Below are positions 1 to 13,359 of a stretch of 64,000 nt of DNA, piece after piece; the first letter of the stretch is position 1; each line of letters opens with the position of its first letter. The position numbers and the translations under genes are program-made. Source of the DNA: Mobula hypostoma (lineage: Eukaryota); NCBI RefSeq assembly GCF_963921235.1, contig NC_086097.1:128528001-128592000 (forward strand), written 5' to 3'. Under the pieces are notes generated by a model, which saw nothing but the letters and a program-made list of their open reading frames with translations, made no database searches and was not told where the DNA came from.

Positions 1-123
1 ACCAGATCCAAAATGGATTCTCCTCTAGTCAGTCTGTCTACGTGTTGTATAGGAATCCCTTCTGGACACAATCAACAGATTTCACTCCATATAAATCTTT
101 TACACTGAACAGGTAAAATTCAA

Positions 124-1112
124 GCACACCAAGCACATCTTTCCCTCCCCCCCACTGCTTTCCACAGGGATCGCTCCCTACGCGACTCCCTTGTCCATTC
201 GTCCCCCCCATACCTTCCCACTGATCTCCCTCCCGGCACTTATCCTTGTAAGCGTAACAAGTGCTACACTTGCCCTCACACTTTCTCCCTCACCACCATT
301 CAGGGCCCCAGACAGTCCTTCCAGGTGAGGCAACACTTCACCTGTGAGTCGGTTGGTTTGATATACTGCATCTGGTGCTCCCGGTGTGGCCTTTTATATA
401 TTGGTGAGACCCGACACAGACTGGGAGATCGTTTCACTGAACAATTACACTCTGTCTACCAGAGAAAGCAGAATCTCCCAGTGGCCACACATTTTAATTC
501 CACGTCCCATTCCCATTCTGATATGTCTACCCATGGCCTCCTCTGCTGTCAAGATGAAGCCACACTCAGGTTGGAGGAACAACACCTTATATTCCGTCTG
601 GGTAGCCTCCAACCTGATGGCATGAACACTGATTTCTCTAACTTACATTAATACCCCTCCTCCCTTTCTTACCCCATCCCTTATTTATTTATTTATTTAT
701 TATTCCCTCTTTTTTTTCCTCTCTCTTTTTTCTCTCTCTGTCCCTCTCACAACCACTTTTTGCCTGCTCTCCATCTTCCTCTGGGCTCGCCTCCCCCTTT
801 CTTTCTCCCTAGGCCTATCGTCCCATGATCCTCTCCCTTCTCCAGCTCTGTATCCCTTTTGCCAATCAACTTTCCAGCTCTTAGCTTCATCCCTCCCCCT
901 CATGTCTTCTCCTATAATTTTGGATCTCACCCTCCCCCTCCCACTTTCAAATCTCTTACTATCTCTTCTTTCAATTAGTCCTGACGAAGGGTCCTGGCCG
1001 GAAACATCGACTGTACCTCTTCCTATGGATGCTGCCTGGCCTGCTGTGTTCCACCAGCATTTTGTGTGTGTTGCTTGAATTTCCAGCATCTGCAGATTTT
1101 CTCGTGTTTGCG
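124..1112 (+). mobile_element. 5'-truncated Neptune-type Penelope-like element: GIY-YIG endonuclease region plus pseudo-LTR, 13-bp TSD
   Basis: ORF 325-651 has IYCIWCSRCGLLYIGET..RF.E, preceded by a Cys-rich linker; AGGTAAAATTCAA at 111-123 and 1113-1125; ends GTTTGCG. Confidence 0.92.
977..1012 (+). ncRNA. Minimal type I hammerhead ribozyme motif (slightly decayed)
   Basis: AGTC-CTGACGA-AGGGTCCTGGCCG-GAAACATC-GACT; stem I AGTC/GACT. Confidence 0.75.
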
Positions 1113-2649
1113 AGGTAAAATTCAATATTAGGGATGTTAATGTCACCCATGATAAAAAGTTTGTAATTTTTTGCACTTTTCCAAAATCAACCTCGCTGTC
1201 TCTGTTACTAATAGGGGCAAGGGGTGGTGACTGAGTGATTGTACCCTTCCTGTTTCTGACTTCCACACACATGGACTCAATCTCTCCATGACGTAATCTC
1301 TTTCTGCAGCTGTGATACTATCCCTGATTATTAATGTCACCCTCCCATCTCTTTTACCTCCTTACTTCTCCCTGGAACACCCATCAGCTGTTCCTTCCCT
1401 AGTGACAGATAGGTCTCCAGAATGGCCACAATGCTGTGGTTCCATGTACTGCCCTACGCTTATCACTCTTGTACCTGATACTTAAAATACACACAGTTCA
1501 ACCTATCTCATTGACTGCAATTTTGACGTATCAGCTGCCTATCCTTCCTCACAGTCTCTCTACACACTGCACGTACCTGTACACCAGCTGCTCCATCCTC
1601 TGATTCCTCTACCCCACCCAAACTAGTTTAAACCTTTTCCAATAGCTCTGCTGACAATTATGTTGGTCCTCATCACCTTCAAGTGTGGTCCATCCTTTTT
1701 GACGGGCCATACCTTCCCCAGGAGAGATCTGAATGTTTCTGAAGTCTGAAAACCTGGCCCCTGCACTAATTTCTCGGCCGCACATTCATCCGTCAAATCA
1801 TCCTATTCTTACCTCCACTAGTGCATGGCCCTGGCAGCACCCTTGAGATTACTACCCTTGAGGTCCTCCTTGTCAGCTTCCTACCTAGCTCCTGATATTC
1901 TCTCACCAGGACCTTAATCATATTCCCTACTATGTCATTGGTTCCAATATCTACCAGAACTTTTGGCTGTTGACTCTCCTTCCCTTTGAGAATGCTGTGA
2001 ACCATATCTGCAGAATCCTGGGCCCTGGCACCTGGAAGGTCATACCATTTGACTGACTCTTTCACGTCCAAATAACCTCCCATTTGCTCCCTTAACTATT
2101 GAATCCCTATCACTACTGCAGTCTTCCACCTTCCCTTCTGAGCCTCTTCCAGCTTCTTGTTAATTTCACCCAAAATTTGTATGGTGAGGGCTGACTCTCT
2201 GAGTGTTCAAATATCCGATTCAGTAGCAGATCTGCACCAGGCATATTTGAAGAACTAAGGGATAAAACAGGCCTGGTCTTTGATCTCTGTCACAATGGTG
2301 CAAAATAATTTAGCTACTATCTAATGTCTAATTTGATGCACCCCCATTGTCTTATGTTTGGGCGAAGGGATGAGAATATCTCATGGTCATATGAGTTTGT
2401 AAACCACACCTCCTGTGTAGCTTGTGCTCTGTACACAGTACTGTTTGTTTACAAAGCTGTCCTTTTCATTTCAAAATTATCATGCTTACAATTTACATTG
2501 GAACATGTTTTTCTTGAGGACTGTTTCTTGTTTGAATTAATGCCCGCTTTATCCATAGAACTCCATAATTCCGATCACTTGCCAGCTTTCAGCACTATTT
2601 CCAGCTTAATGATATCCATTCTGTAGCTAAATGACAAGAACTGCACAAA

Positions 2650-2992
2650 ATATTCAAGGATTTAAGATCCTAATGGGGTATGACAGGGTGGATATTGAGC
2701 TGTTTGCAGTTCTTGAACATAGTTTCAAGATTAAAGGTGAATCATTTAAGGCTGAGATTTGTGGAAGTTTTTTTCCTATGGGGGGAAGTGATTCACTGGA
2801 ATTTTGCGCCCCAGGGAATTGTGGAGCATAGTACATTAGAAATATTTAACATGGAGCTAGATATATTTTTGAAATTTTGGGGGATTGAGGGAACTAGCAC
2901 AGCAAGGATTTGAGGCCTGGGGCAGATCTGCCATTTAACGGGGGAATAGAAGGATCTCCTACTCCTGCTCCTATCTAGTTCTGTTCTTGTGT
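2650..2992 (+). mobile_element. Old CR1 3'-end fragment
   Basis: FKILMGYDRVD..HSFKIKGESFKAE resembles the CR1 ORF2 C-terminus; CTCCTACTCCTGCTCCTAT tail. Confidence 0.7.
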
Positions 2993-3107
2993 TGTCCTTT
3001 CTTTTGGTAATTCTTCACTGTTGTTCATTTTCTCCTACTTCCAACTTCCAGAGAAATGTCATTATTTATTCACAAGCCATCACCAAATGATCCCACTGGT
3101 TTCAACA

Positions 3108-3469
3108 CCTCAGCTGGAAGGTCGAAGAAGCGCTATAAGGATCAGATAAAGAATGCTTTAAGGAAGTGCAAGATCAGACCTGTGGACCTGGAGGAGGTTG
3201 CAGCTGACCATATCACTTGGCGACAGCTGTGTAGGGACGGGGTTCGTATTCTGGAGATGGAAAGAACAACCAGAAGACAGCAGAAGAGAGCCAGGAGAAA
3301 TTTAGCCATGGTTGCCACAACTACCACCACCACTACCACGTATACATGTCCCACCTGCAATAGAGCTTGTGGGTCCAGGATAGGACTGTATAGTCATTAA
3401 AGATCTCACTGTTAAAGGAGTGGATATCGTCATCGGATTTCGATGGACAACCGAAGAGAGAGGAGAGAG
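3108..3469 (+). mobile_element. RTE-clade LINE 3'-end fragment
   Basis: GRSKKRYKDQIK..WRQLCRDG..CPTCNRACGSRIGLYSH is typical of RTE/BovB-like C-termini; GA-rich tail. Confidence 0.8.
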
Positions 3470-3769
3470 GTGTCAATCAGTCCCTTCCTGGTCCCCTCTC
3501 TATCAAATACTTCCAGATCAAATACTTCCAGTTCTCTTATCTCTGTTCCTCGGTGTTCCTCTACAACTTTAAACTTGCTTTCTTATTTATGGTTTCCAGA
3601 ACTGGGGGGGAAAAAAGTTTTGTTGACTTGAAATGTTAACTCTGTTTCTCCCTCCAGAGATACTGCCTGACCAGATGATTATTTCTAGTATTTTCTGTTT
3701 TGATGCAGGATATAATACCCTGCAGGGAATTACGAAGAAGTTAAAATGAAGTAAAATTGCTGCTGCATA

Positions 3770-4048
3770 GCTTCTGTGACCCAGGTTCAATCCCAATTTC
3801 ACTTTCTGTGCATATGAGGCTTCTGCACATCCTGATCATGTCCAAGTGATTGACTTTCCTCGCATATCCCAAAGATGTGAAGCATTGGTAAGTTAACTGG
3901 TAAGTAGGTAAAATCAATTGGGAGGGGGTGGTATAGACCAGAACAAGAACAGAACAAAATAGGATTAATGTAAGAGAATTTTAAAAGAGTGTTTAATGGT
4001 TGGCATGGACTCAGTGTGCTAAAGAGCCTGTTTCTCTGCTGTACTGCT
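3770..4048 (+). mobile_element. Old tRNA-derived SINE with CR1-like 3' tail
   Basis: B-box GGTTCAATCCC, central CCCAAAGATGTG core, tail GGCATGGACTC..GCCTGTTTCT..CTGTA. Confidence 0.65.
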
Positions 4049-4239
4049 ACCTAACAAACAAGGAGCACTCCTTTCAAGTCCTTCCTCCATTCCCCAAGGA
4101 CTTCTGCAAAGGATGAGATCAAGAACTCATTCTATGCAAATTCATAATCCGGAACTTTGAGAAGTCGTATTTGAATACAATGTAACCACCAGGGAAAAGG
4201 ATCGCTGTTACTCAAGCGAGAGAAGATAAAAATCTTCCA

Positions 4240-4545
4240 GTATATTGTAATTGTATCTGCCTCCACGGGAAGCTGGTTCCATATACCCACCGCCTTCTGT
4301 GTGAAAAGCTTGCTCCTCAGCTCTCTTTTAAGTCTTTCCACTCTCACCTTAACTCCAAGCTTCTAGTTTTAGAGTCCCATATCGAGGGAGAAAGACCATG
4401 ATCATTTATCTTATCCATGTGCCTCATGATTTTAGATACCTCTATGAGGTCATTGCTCAACCTCCATCACTTCAGAGAAAAAAGTCCAACCCTATCCAGC
4501 CTCTCCTTATATCTTAAATCCAGCAGAACTGTTAACAAGCTTGTG
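4240..4545 (-). mobile_element. CR1 ORF2 3' fragment
   Basis: ORF 4132-4347 contains KRELRSKLFTQKAVGIWNQLP. Confidence 0.75.
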
Positions 4546-7500
4546 ATTTGTTTTTTTTATCAAACAGACCAACTATGTCTGAGCATTAAATGAGACCACA
4601 GTGAGGGAAGTGAATTTAACAAGTCACTAAGAAATAGATCAAGTTCTTGGCTGCAATAATTCCTGCCAGGAGTAAATGTATTTGATTGTCCCCTGAGCAT
4701 TGAAGATGTGCATAAAATTTTTCATCATCGTCTAATCTTTCTGTGCTAACTTTGAAGCTTCACTCTTGCTGCCTTTCACCAAATCCAACAGCAGATACAC
4801 TTTTCCCTTCTCAGTCAGAGTCACGTTAAATTTACTTTACTCATACTATTCCCCATGGCATCAAGATCTTTTATCTTTACTCAAACCAAGTATGATCAGA
4901 AGTGGTATATTTTCCAATACATTTCTGCAGAAGAGGAGGGAAATTTTACCCTTGATCTTTGGCACTAAACAATGTGCCAGCTGTGCTCAGCTTTACACAC
5001 CTGGTTCCATTGCAGCTGAATGTCAGGAGGAGACTACGGCTAGCAGCCAATCACATGCAAAGCGACCTGCCTTGATGTCCACTGGAAAATCCACGGACTT
5101 AGTGAAGGAGTATAGTACAAGATTAGTTGTAATACCTCACTCTGTCATTGTAAAACGCATTACTAACATGCACTGAAAATCATAAGGCGTGCAACATTAT
5201 GTAAAATTGCATTTCAGCAAACATCACCTCTAAAGACTAAGTTGAGTTGTTTTAAAGAATCATCAAAAATAATTTAAATAAAGATCATATTTTTGCACAA
5301 TTCTGTCTCAAATCCTAGGATGGAAAGAAAATTAATTTACATCATTGTAATTATTATTTTATTAATGAAACACATTATCATTGGAAGTAATTTATTCTGG
5401 GCTATGAATGATCTTTTATTTCAGCTAAAAAATAAAATCTATGCTGCAATTCATTTCCATGATGTTTTCTTAATTTCTTCCCTTCTGTAATAGTAATTGT
5501 CGTTTTGATTAATCAGTGATCATTTGCTGAATCTTTAGTGTATCTTAGTGGCTTTACAATCAGCAGTAAGGCGACTCCATTAGAATGTTAAACACCAGCT
5601 ACGTATTTCTGGAGATAAACCGGCACGCTTAAAATTAGGAAACACCACCAATCAACTCAGCAAGCGTTTTGTAATGACATAATCTGATTTATTTGTTTCT
5701 GTAACAAAATTATTTTAATGTTAATGATTTTATTTCGAAAGGAATTCCACAATTCACTAAACATGCTGACTGCTTTAATGAAACTTTAATTTTTCTGTCA
5801 ACGGAAGCAAATTAAATGGTTTTGTCACTTCGCAATTCGGTCCACTTGTTTTATTTTCTAGGCCAGTAACATTTAAAGGATGTGAGCTACAGAAGGCATC
5901 TGTCCCATATATTATTACCCAGACTTTCCACAATATTGATCATTGCATAAAACACATTGAAAATTGATTACTTGGCTACTATTTTGTGTGTGTACATATT
6001 AAATTGCAAGTTCCAAGAGAATAAAAAGCGAATTCATTCAACAACAAATAATATATTGCCTTTATATAACATATTTGCTATAGTGAAGCAACCCATAACA
6101 CTTCACATGAGTCTAACGATTGACACCAAATCATATTGGGTAATATTAGACACAAGTTTAGATAAAGTGACAGATTTGTTTTTGAGTCTTAAAGAACAAA
6201 GAGCACTTTGCATTATTTTTGAAATACAATCTCTTCTAAATTTAATCCTCTAGTTTTAACTGTAAGCAAGCTCACCTTAATGGTACAGAGGGATACCTTG
6301 GAGAAAGGTATCAAAGGTAATCTTTGTATAAATTAGGTTAGCCTGAAATTTCTTGGTATAATTACAAACTTCCTTTGACCTGGTTTTTTTCACATTCTCA
6401 TTTATTGCATCAGTGATTAATGTGTGCATCATCAAACAACAGAACCATGTTCAAGCAGAGAATTACAAAATGCTGGGGATGTTCAAAAAGGCAATTATCT
6501 CTTAGAGGGGCACAGAGGATGCCATAAAAGCTATGAAAGTGAAGGCCAGAACTTACAACCATCTAAGCCCAGAGAAGTCTTGAGATCACTGCAGGGAATC
6601 CTTTTTTAAGATCTTGAGAGGTCAAAGAGATGTTTTGTTCACTTCTAATCCCTTTCCTTGGTATTATGACCATTTGTACTAGTTGCCGATGCTTAACATA
6701 CTTGAGCTGTTAATAAGTGATGACATCCACAATGAAGGATTTGTAGCGATGAGGGCATAATAACTGCACATTTATTGATTGATATTACCATCTGTTAATG
6801 TTGGAGAAAGGAATGACTAATTTTAGGTAGGCAATGTTAGAAAACCCTTGATGGAACAGGGTGGGGAATTAAGTGATTTTAATTTCATCTAGTGTTTTGT
6901 CCCCATTTGTCATCAACTTAGCTTTCCAAATGTGGTCTGAACATGGTTTTACCCAATGCCACCTCTCAATCAGCACAAGGCAGCAAATGCAATTGATTCC
7001 ATGTTGAAGAATTAAACTTGAATCTGACGAGCCCCATATTTAGAAGAGCTCTCAGTTTAGCACTCCAGAAATAATTAAAGAAGGGGTAAGAAAGCACTGA
7101 AAAGCACATTAACTCTCCAGCTTGTGATATTACAGAGACAGGTTCCACAAATTTAACAAAACCGATTGCAGCAATTAGCAAAACAAATTACAGTCTGAAT
7201 GCTGCTATGAAACCATTAGCAATCTGGATTTTGGTCTGAATCAGCTAATTGTTTTTTTATGGGGTGACTGGATAAACTCCGTGGGGAAAATTCTGTCTAA
7301 TTACTGTCTGCAGAATCTCGGCAGTAGGTAAAGGTTGGATTGAAACAAGATTGCCTTCTTGGTAAGAAATGGAAAGGGATTTCAAAGGTCATTTTGACAG
7401 CAGTGTATGATTTTAACTAAGTGGCATAAAACAAATTACAATTCAATTGCCTTCAATACATGAACTACTGAATTAATCTTTTCATTAGAATGAATTGGAA

Positions 7501-7899
7501 TTATATCTATACTTTTTGTGTTTGTATTTACACTGGACAAATGTGTTCAATTTGATTCCTAATTTATTAATATTATTATCTACATTCATTGTGTCTGATG
7601 ATTTAGATTTCCCTTAGTAAAATGCATTGAATGAGTATATGTATAGATCAGCAAAACTATTTTGAGTGTGATCTGTTTGAGAATGGGGATAAAATACTTT
7701 GAGATTCTCTATGTAAAGCATTGGTGCAGACTGTACTATTGGCAATTTGGTAGTTCCTGATAAGAAGAGGCTTTTAATCCGCCAGCTTCTCAGGAACGGG
7801 AAGCTTGGCCGAAAAGCAGAGAAAAAGAGACGATTCAGTGAAGAGAGTGCAAAAATAATAAGACATGAGGGGGCCACAGAACAAGAGAGAACAGACATT

Positions 7900-8800
7900 T
7901 AACTTGACAAGGCAACAACAAGGTAACTGAAGGCTAGGAGTATCTGGTTGAGGCTGATTGGTTCAATGAGTGAACAAGGACTGTGGATGAGAGCTGCGTT
8001 TAGACAGGCTGCAGATGATGAATTGGAAATGAGTGGCAAGGACTCCTGTTACCTGGGTGAAGCTTGGCAGGACCCACCCCTCTACAGCTGGCACCCGATA
8101 GCTCAGGATGATCTAAATAGGTCCATTGAAATTCCTTGATCAGCGGTGGTCCAGGATGAAATTGGATAGCACCCAAGATCTCTCCTCCGAGCCTTACCCT
8201 TCCCAGTTGACCAGATACTGCACACCCCTTCCACGTGACGTGAATCCATCAACCAGTGAAGTGTGTACACTGGACCACCTTTCACCATCGTAGGTTTCGG
8301 AGGTGCAGGCTCTGTGGGTTGGGTAGCCCACGGGCAACAGGTTTGAGGAAGCTAGTTGTTATCCTGAGGGATGACAGCTGGAGATGGTAAGCGACTGGAT
8401 TGATGTGATGGGTAATCTTGAAAGGACCAATGAAATGAGGCAAGAGCTTGCAAGAGCCTGTGTAGCCCTGACACAGCTGAGGTCTAGATGGCAGTGGCAG
8501 ACCTCTATGCCTTAGGGGTAGACCCGAAGTTTCATTTGTTGCCTGAAGTCTCAAAAAGATAATTGATGGAAAAGCTTTGTTGTAGCATTCACCACAGAAT
8601 AGCAGCCACTGAAATGCTCTCACAGTCAAGATATTTATACGCAGGAGGTGGTGGTAGGAATGACTGTGAGACACGAGCCAGATCCCGACAAGTATTTTTG
8701 ATGCCAATCCTCACTGTAGATCCTCATGTCCATTACCTTCCTGGGACAACATTACCCATGGAAAGCTGCACGAATACAATGCTGCAGGTTTTCAAATAAT
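7900..8800 (-). mobile_element. Decayed chromodomain-bearing Ty3/Gypsy remnant (integrase C-terminus, chromodomain, PPT, partial 3' LTR)
   Basis: KLLPHFIGPFKITHHINPVAYHLQL (GPF/Y motif) in ORF 8282-8707; PVYTLHWLMDSR..(frameshift)QYLVNWEG chromodomain near 8150-8280; purine tract AGAGGGGTGGG near 8073-8083. Confidence 0.8.
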
Positions 8801-8984
8801 CTTGAGTATTTCAGAACGCTTAATGACTTGGACCTTTTAAGTGAATGAGATGTTTGCTCCATCCCCACACAGAGTCTGGATCACTGCTGCCCACAGAGTT
8901 TGGAACCTTGTCTCGGATAATCAGAAATTCTACCCCAGAGAGAATCCTAGGAGTGCTTATCCCAGAGCGAGAGTGAGGAGATTT

Positions 8985-9520
8985 GATTCAAGACTGATAA
9001 TTCATTTATTATTGTCACATGTACTGAGATACGTTGAAAAGATTTTATTTGCATGCCATTCAGATAGATCATTCCATATATGAGTGCACTGAAGAAGTGC
9101 AAAAAGAAAACAATAATAGAATAAAGAATACAGTTACAGAAAAAGTGCAGAGCAAGTCAAAAAATAAGCTGCAAGGGTCGTAACGTAGATTCAGAAATCA
9201 GGAGTTCATATTTATTGTATAAGAGGTCCATTCAAGACTCTTACAACAGCAAGATAGAAGCAGTGCTTTAACCTGATGGAGTGTGTTCTCAGGCCTTTGT
9301 ATCTTCTGCCTGATGGTAGGAGGAAGATGAGAGAATGCCCACTGTGGGGGAGTCCTTGAGTAAATTACTGCTTTCCCAAGGCAGCAGGAAGTAAGGATAG
9401 CATCATTCCAGGGAAGGCTGGTTTTCATGATAGACTGTCATGCGATTTCTTGCCTCCTTTGGCAGAGCTGTTGTGATACCAAGCTGTGATGTCTCCAGGT
9501 GGGATGATCTATGGTGTAGG
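8985..9520 (-). mobile_element. Rex1/Babar-like LINE 3' fragment
   Basis: SHLPPTIRQKIQRPENT-type terminus shared with the other Rex1-like copies in this window. Confidence 0.6.
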
Positions 9521-9559
9521 ACCTCTGTTCCTGATCCCTTATAATTTAGAGGAGGACAT

Positions 9560-9820
9560 TTAATCTATGCTGACCTGAAAAAAATCTCATTCCTCTCCAT
9601 ATAATTCCTATATAACCTATTCTCTCTCACATGTCTAAGAAATCTACCTGATTCTCCTCACATTGGGGATAGTCTACATGGCCAATTAACCTAACAATCA
9701 GCATGTTTTAAGATATTGGAGGAAGCATGATCACTCAAGGGAAACCCACTCAAATTTCACACCGAGATAGCATCAGAGGTCAGAATGCAACCTGGGTCTC
9801 TGGTGTCTTGGCTGATAGCA
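9560..9820 (-). mobile_element. Old SINE remnant
   Basis: GGCCAATTAACCTA core and reverse B-box-like AACCTGGGTCTCTGG. Confidence 0.55.
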
Positions 9821-10869
9821 TCCTAGACTCGAGAATTATAGTATTTCTTTTCACTTTTTCCAGACAAGGTTGGCATTTATTGCTCTCATCTTGCTAGCAT
9901 TTATAGTATTATACAAGCAGTACATCTTCTAACATTCCCTCTGTTCTTAAGAATTCTGACATTGTTCTTTGTTACGGTAATAACTCTTGTTTCATCTGAG
10001 TTGCAGCTGTATTTCCCTTTGGGTCTTCCCAGATCTCACTAAAACTTCAGAAAGTCCATTTTTATCAAAGTTGATGAGCAGTAGAACCCTGCAAGTGGCT
10101 AGAAATGATCTCAATGAGTTAATAAGTCAATCTTACACTTCCTGCTGTTTAGTAACTGCTAGAAGTTGGGCTGATTGTTCTTTACAACTTACTGTTTTCA
10201 TTTAGTGAATCGGGTCTTTGAGAACCTGATAGTGAAGCGATTCTTTGAACTTTTCAGAATACTTTGCCTGAATTTGATTTCGTAATCATTTTCCTTTTTC
10301 TCAGCCAACTTGATTTGATTTTGACAAGTAGACAGAGAGTCCTCTTCCCTATAAACAGCAACAGTGCTTTTGTGTAGCAAATCACACAGTATCATTAATC
10401 TGGAACCAGATTTTTTTACTAACAAACAGGATATCATCCCAAATCAAGAAATAGGTGATAGCATTTAGAGGCTTGGAATGCTTTTCTATTCACTTTTTGC
10501 AAGTATCTTTGCTGGCAGGTGTTGTCGGGTGGTGCTGTCAGTCTGAACTAGGTAATACATTTTAAATTACTATGTAATATATTTTCAAGTTGGCAAACAT
10601 CATAATTATGAGTAGCAGAAGGAATTATTATTCAGCGTGATGATAAAGTACTAAATAAGCAGGAAAATCAAGATTTAGTAGATTATGGAATCTGGAGCTA
10701 CAAACAAGATGATGGATGAACTCAGCAGGTCAGGCAGCATCCATGAAGAGAAATGAGCAGTCAATGAAGACTCTTTATCTTGACTGAAGAACAGAGGCGA
10801 GCTAAACAGTATAAAGAGGTAAGGGGAAGAAGTGAAGCAACAGTTGGCAGGCGATAGATGGATCCAGCT

Positions 10870-11710
10870 GGGAACGGAATTGAAATTGGAAATGGTATTG
10901 GAATTGCTTTATTGAAGTCACATGATACAGTGAAAACCTTATCTTGTATGCTGTTCATACAAATCAACTCATTACAAATGCATTGAGGCGGAACAGGATA
11001 AAACAATAACAAAGCAGAATAAAGAGTAACAGCTATTGAGAAATTGCAATGCAGGTAAACAATAAGCTGTGTAACCATTGTGAGCTAGGTTGTGAGGCCA
11101 AGAATCAAGCTTATTGTGGTAGAAAATGATTTAATAGTCTTATGACTTTGGGATAGAAGCTGTATTATTCTGGCCGCTTTGCTGATGTACAGGGAAGTGG
11201 AGAGCATGGAAGGGAGGCTGGTTCCTGTGATGTGCAGATCTGTGGACATAGCCCTCTGCAGTTTGCTGTGGTCACGTGCCATATCAACCCATGATGCATC
11301 CAAATAGGATGCTCCATATGGTACATCGATAAACATTGGTAAGGGTTGATGGTCATGCCAAACTTCTGTAGCCTCCAGAGGAAGTAGAGGCATGCGTGAG
11401 CTTTCTTGTTCATGATGTCTATGTGGATATTCACTGCTAAAAGTTGAACTTCAACCCTCTCAACCTCATCACCATTGATGTAAACAGGAGCATGTGCTCT
11501 GCCCTCTTTCCTGAAGCCAATGACCAGCTCTTATTTTGCTGACATTGAAGGAAAGGTAGTTGTCATGACACCGTGTTACTAAGTTCTCGGTCTCCTTCCT
11601 TTACTCCAACCCTTGTTATTTGAGATATGGTCCATTATGGTGGAATCACCTGCAAACTTGCACTTGGAGTTAGAGCAGAATCTGGGCACAGGGTTAGGAA
11701 TGTGCAGGTG
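10870..11710 (-). mobile_element. Rex1/Babar-like LINE RT C-terminus and 3' UTR, flanked by old PLE pseudo-LTR pieces (10680-10870, 11710-12020)
   Basis: KFAGDSTI (FADD-derived) and KKAHACLYFLWRLQKFGM. Confidence 0.75.
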
Positions 11711-13024
11711 ATAGGAGGGGAGAGTGGAAATAGTGACAGAGAACAGGAGGAGATAGGTTGAGGGGACGAAGAGCTGCAGATGACGTAAAGGCAAATAGGA
11801 TGGTCCATGGAACCAAATAAGGGAGGTGTGGTAGGCAGCTCAAGACAGTTGGGGTGGTAACCAAGTGGAAAGAATTTGTGAGTGATGGACAGATGAAGTG
11901 GGTGGGAAGAGGAAGGAAAAAGAGTTGTGGGGGACTAAGGTTAGTGTGGGAGAAACTTGGTCGATCAAGAGGAGAGAGGGAAGAGATGAAATGTGGGGAG
12001 GAGAAGTAGTTAACCAGTAAGTAAAGAATTCAGTGACCATGGCCATAAGACCATAAGACATAGGATCACAATTAGGCTATCAAATCTGCTCTGGGAATTT
12101 CACTTTTTAATATATTCTGAAGCCATGCGCTCTGATTTTAGTCATTCCCAATATTAAAACATCCTCTCCATGTTCACTCTACCCAGGCTTTCAATATACA
12201 GTAGGTTTCAATGAGATCCCTCTCCCCTGCAGCCATTCTTCTAAACTCCAGACAGAACAGGCCCAGAAGTATCAAGCACTCTTCATATTTTAACCCTTAC
12301 ATTCCTGAGATCATTCTTGTACTCCTCTTCTGGATCCTTTCCAATGCCAGCAAATCCTTCCTTAGGTATGAAGTCCAAAACCACTCACAATACTCCAAAT
12401 GTGGTCGGACCAAAGCTTTACAAAATTTCAGCATTACATCTTTACTTTTATATTCCAGACCTCTCGAAATGAATGCTAACATTGCATGTGCCTTCCCTGC
12501 TTCCAACTTAACCTGCAAATTCACTTTTGGAGAATCTTGCACTAGGACTCCTAAATCCCTTTGGACTTGCAATTTCTAAATTTGGTCCACATTTAGAAAG
12601 CAGTCTATGCCTTTATTCCTTCTACCAAAGTGCATGACCATGTATCCCCCAATCCTCCAGCTCACTACTAAGTTTTGCTATGCCATATGCTCTCCCTTTT
12701 ATGCTTTCTTTGTCTTCTCTTTTTAGCCATGGTTGTTGCCTAATCCCCCCTTCAGAATCCTTCTTTGGGATGAACTCTCAAAATAACTCTCAGAAACTTC
12801 AGCCATTGCTGTTCCACCATCAGCCCTGCTATTGTCTTCTTCCAATCAATTTAGGCCAGTTCTCCTTCACACATTTACAGTTACTTTTATTCAACTGTAA
12901 TGCCAGTATATTGATTTTAAAAACGCAAACACGAGGAAATCTGCAGAGGCTGGAATTTCAAGCCACACACATAAAAATTGCTGGTGAACACAGCAGGCCA
13001 GGCAGCATCTATAGGAGGAGGTAC

Positions 13025-13060
13025 AGTCGACGTTTCAGGCCAAGATCCTTCGTCAGGACT
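13025..13060 (-). ncRNA. Minimal type I hammerhead ribozyme motif, core intact
   Basis: Minus strand AGTC-CTGACGA-AGGATCTTGGCCT-GAAACGTC-GACT. Confidence 0.85.
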
Positions 13061-13359
13061 AACTGAAAGAAGAGATAGTAAGAGATTTGAAAGTGGGAGG
13101 GGGAAGGGGAGATCTGAAATGATAGGAGAAGACAGGAGGGGGAGAGATGGAGCCAAGAGCCGGAAAGTTGATTGGCAAATGGGATACGAGGCTGGAGAAG
13201 GGAAAGGATCATGGGACAGGAGGCCTAGGGAGAAAGAAAGGGGGAGGGGGGAAGCCCAGAGGATGGGCAAGGAGTATAGTGAGAGGGACAGAGGGAGAAA
13301 AAGGAGAGAAATAAATAAATAAATAAATGATGGATGCGTTACGAAGGGGAGGTAAGGCA

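Larger units (their letters stand above)
1..2130 (-). mobile_element. Degenerate CR1 LINE 5' part (ORF1 SGNH-esterase and ORF2 APE endonuclease), interrupted by a PLE at 124-1112
   Basis: ORF 1793-2083 (LPGARAQD..VLVDIGTNDI..YQELGRKL) parallels the CR1 ORF1 at 48648-49080; VEVRNRKG motif in ORF 700-1272; CR1 sequence resumes on both sides of the PLE. Confidence 0.85.

Noticed and set aside
700..1272. 190-aa ORF and similar ones at 12978, 17224, 46694 and 47004
   Set aside because: Antisense read-through of the low-complexity PLE pseudo-LTR; the similarity is repeat homology, not a gene family.
4766..5176. 136-aa ORF
   Set aside because: Non-ATG start, no motif; within chance expectation.
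9987..10437. Host exon or processed pseudogene
   Set aside because: Short ORFs without a recognisable domain or clear splice pair.
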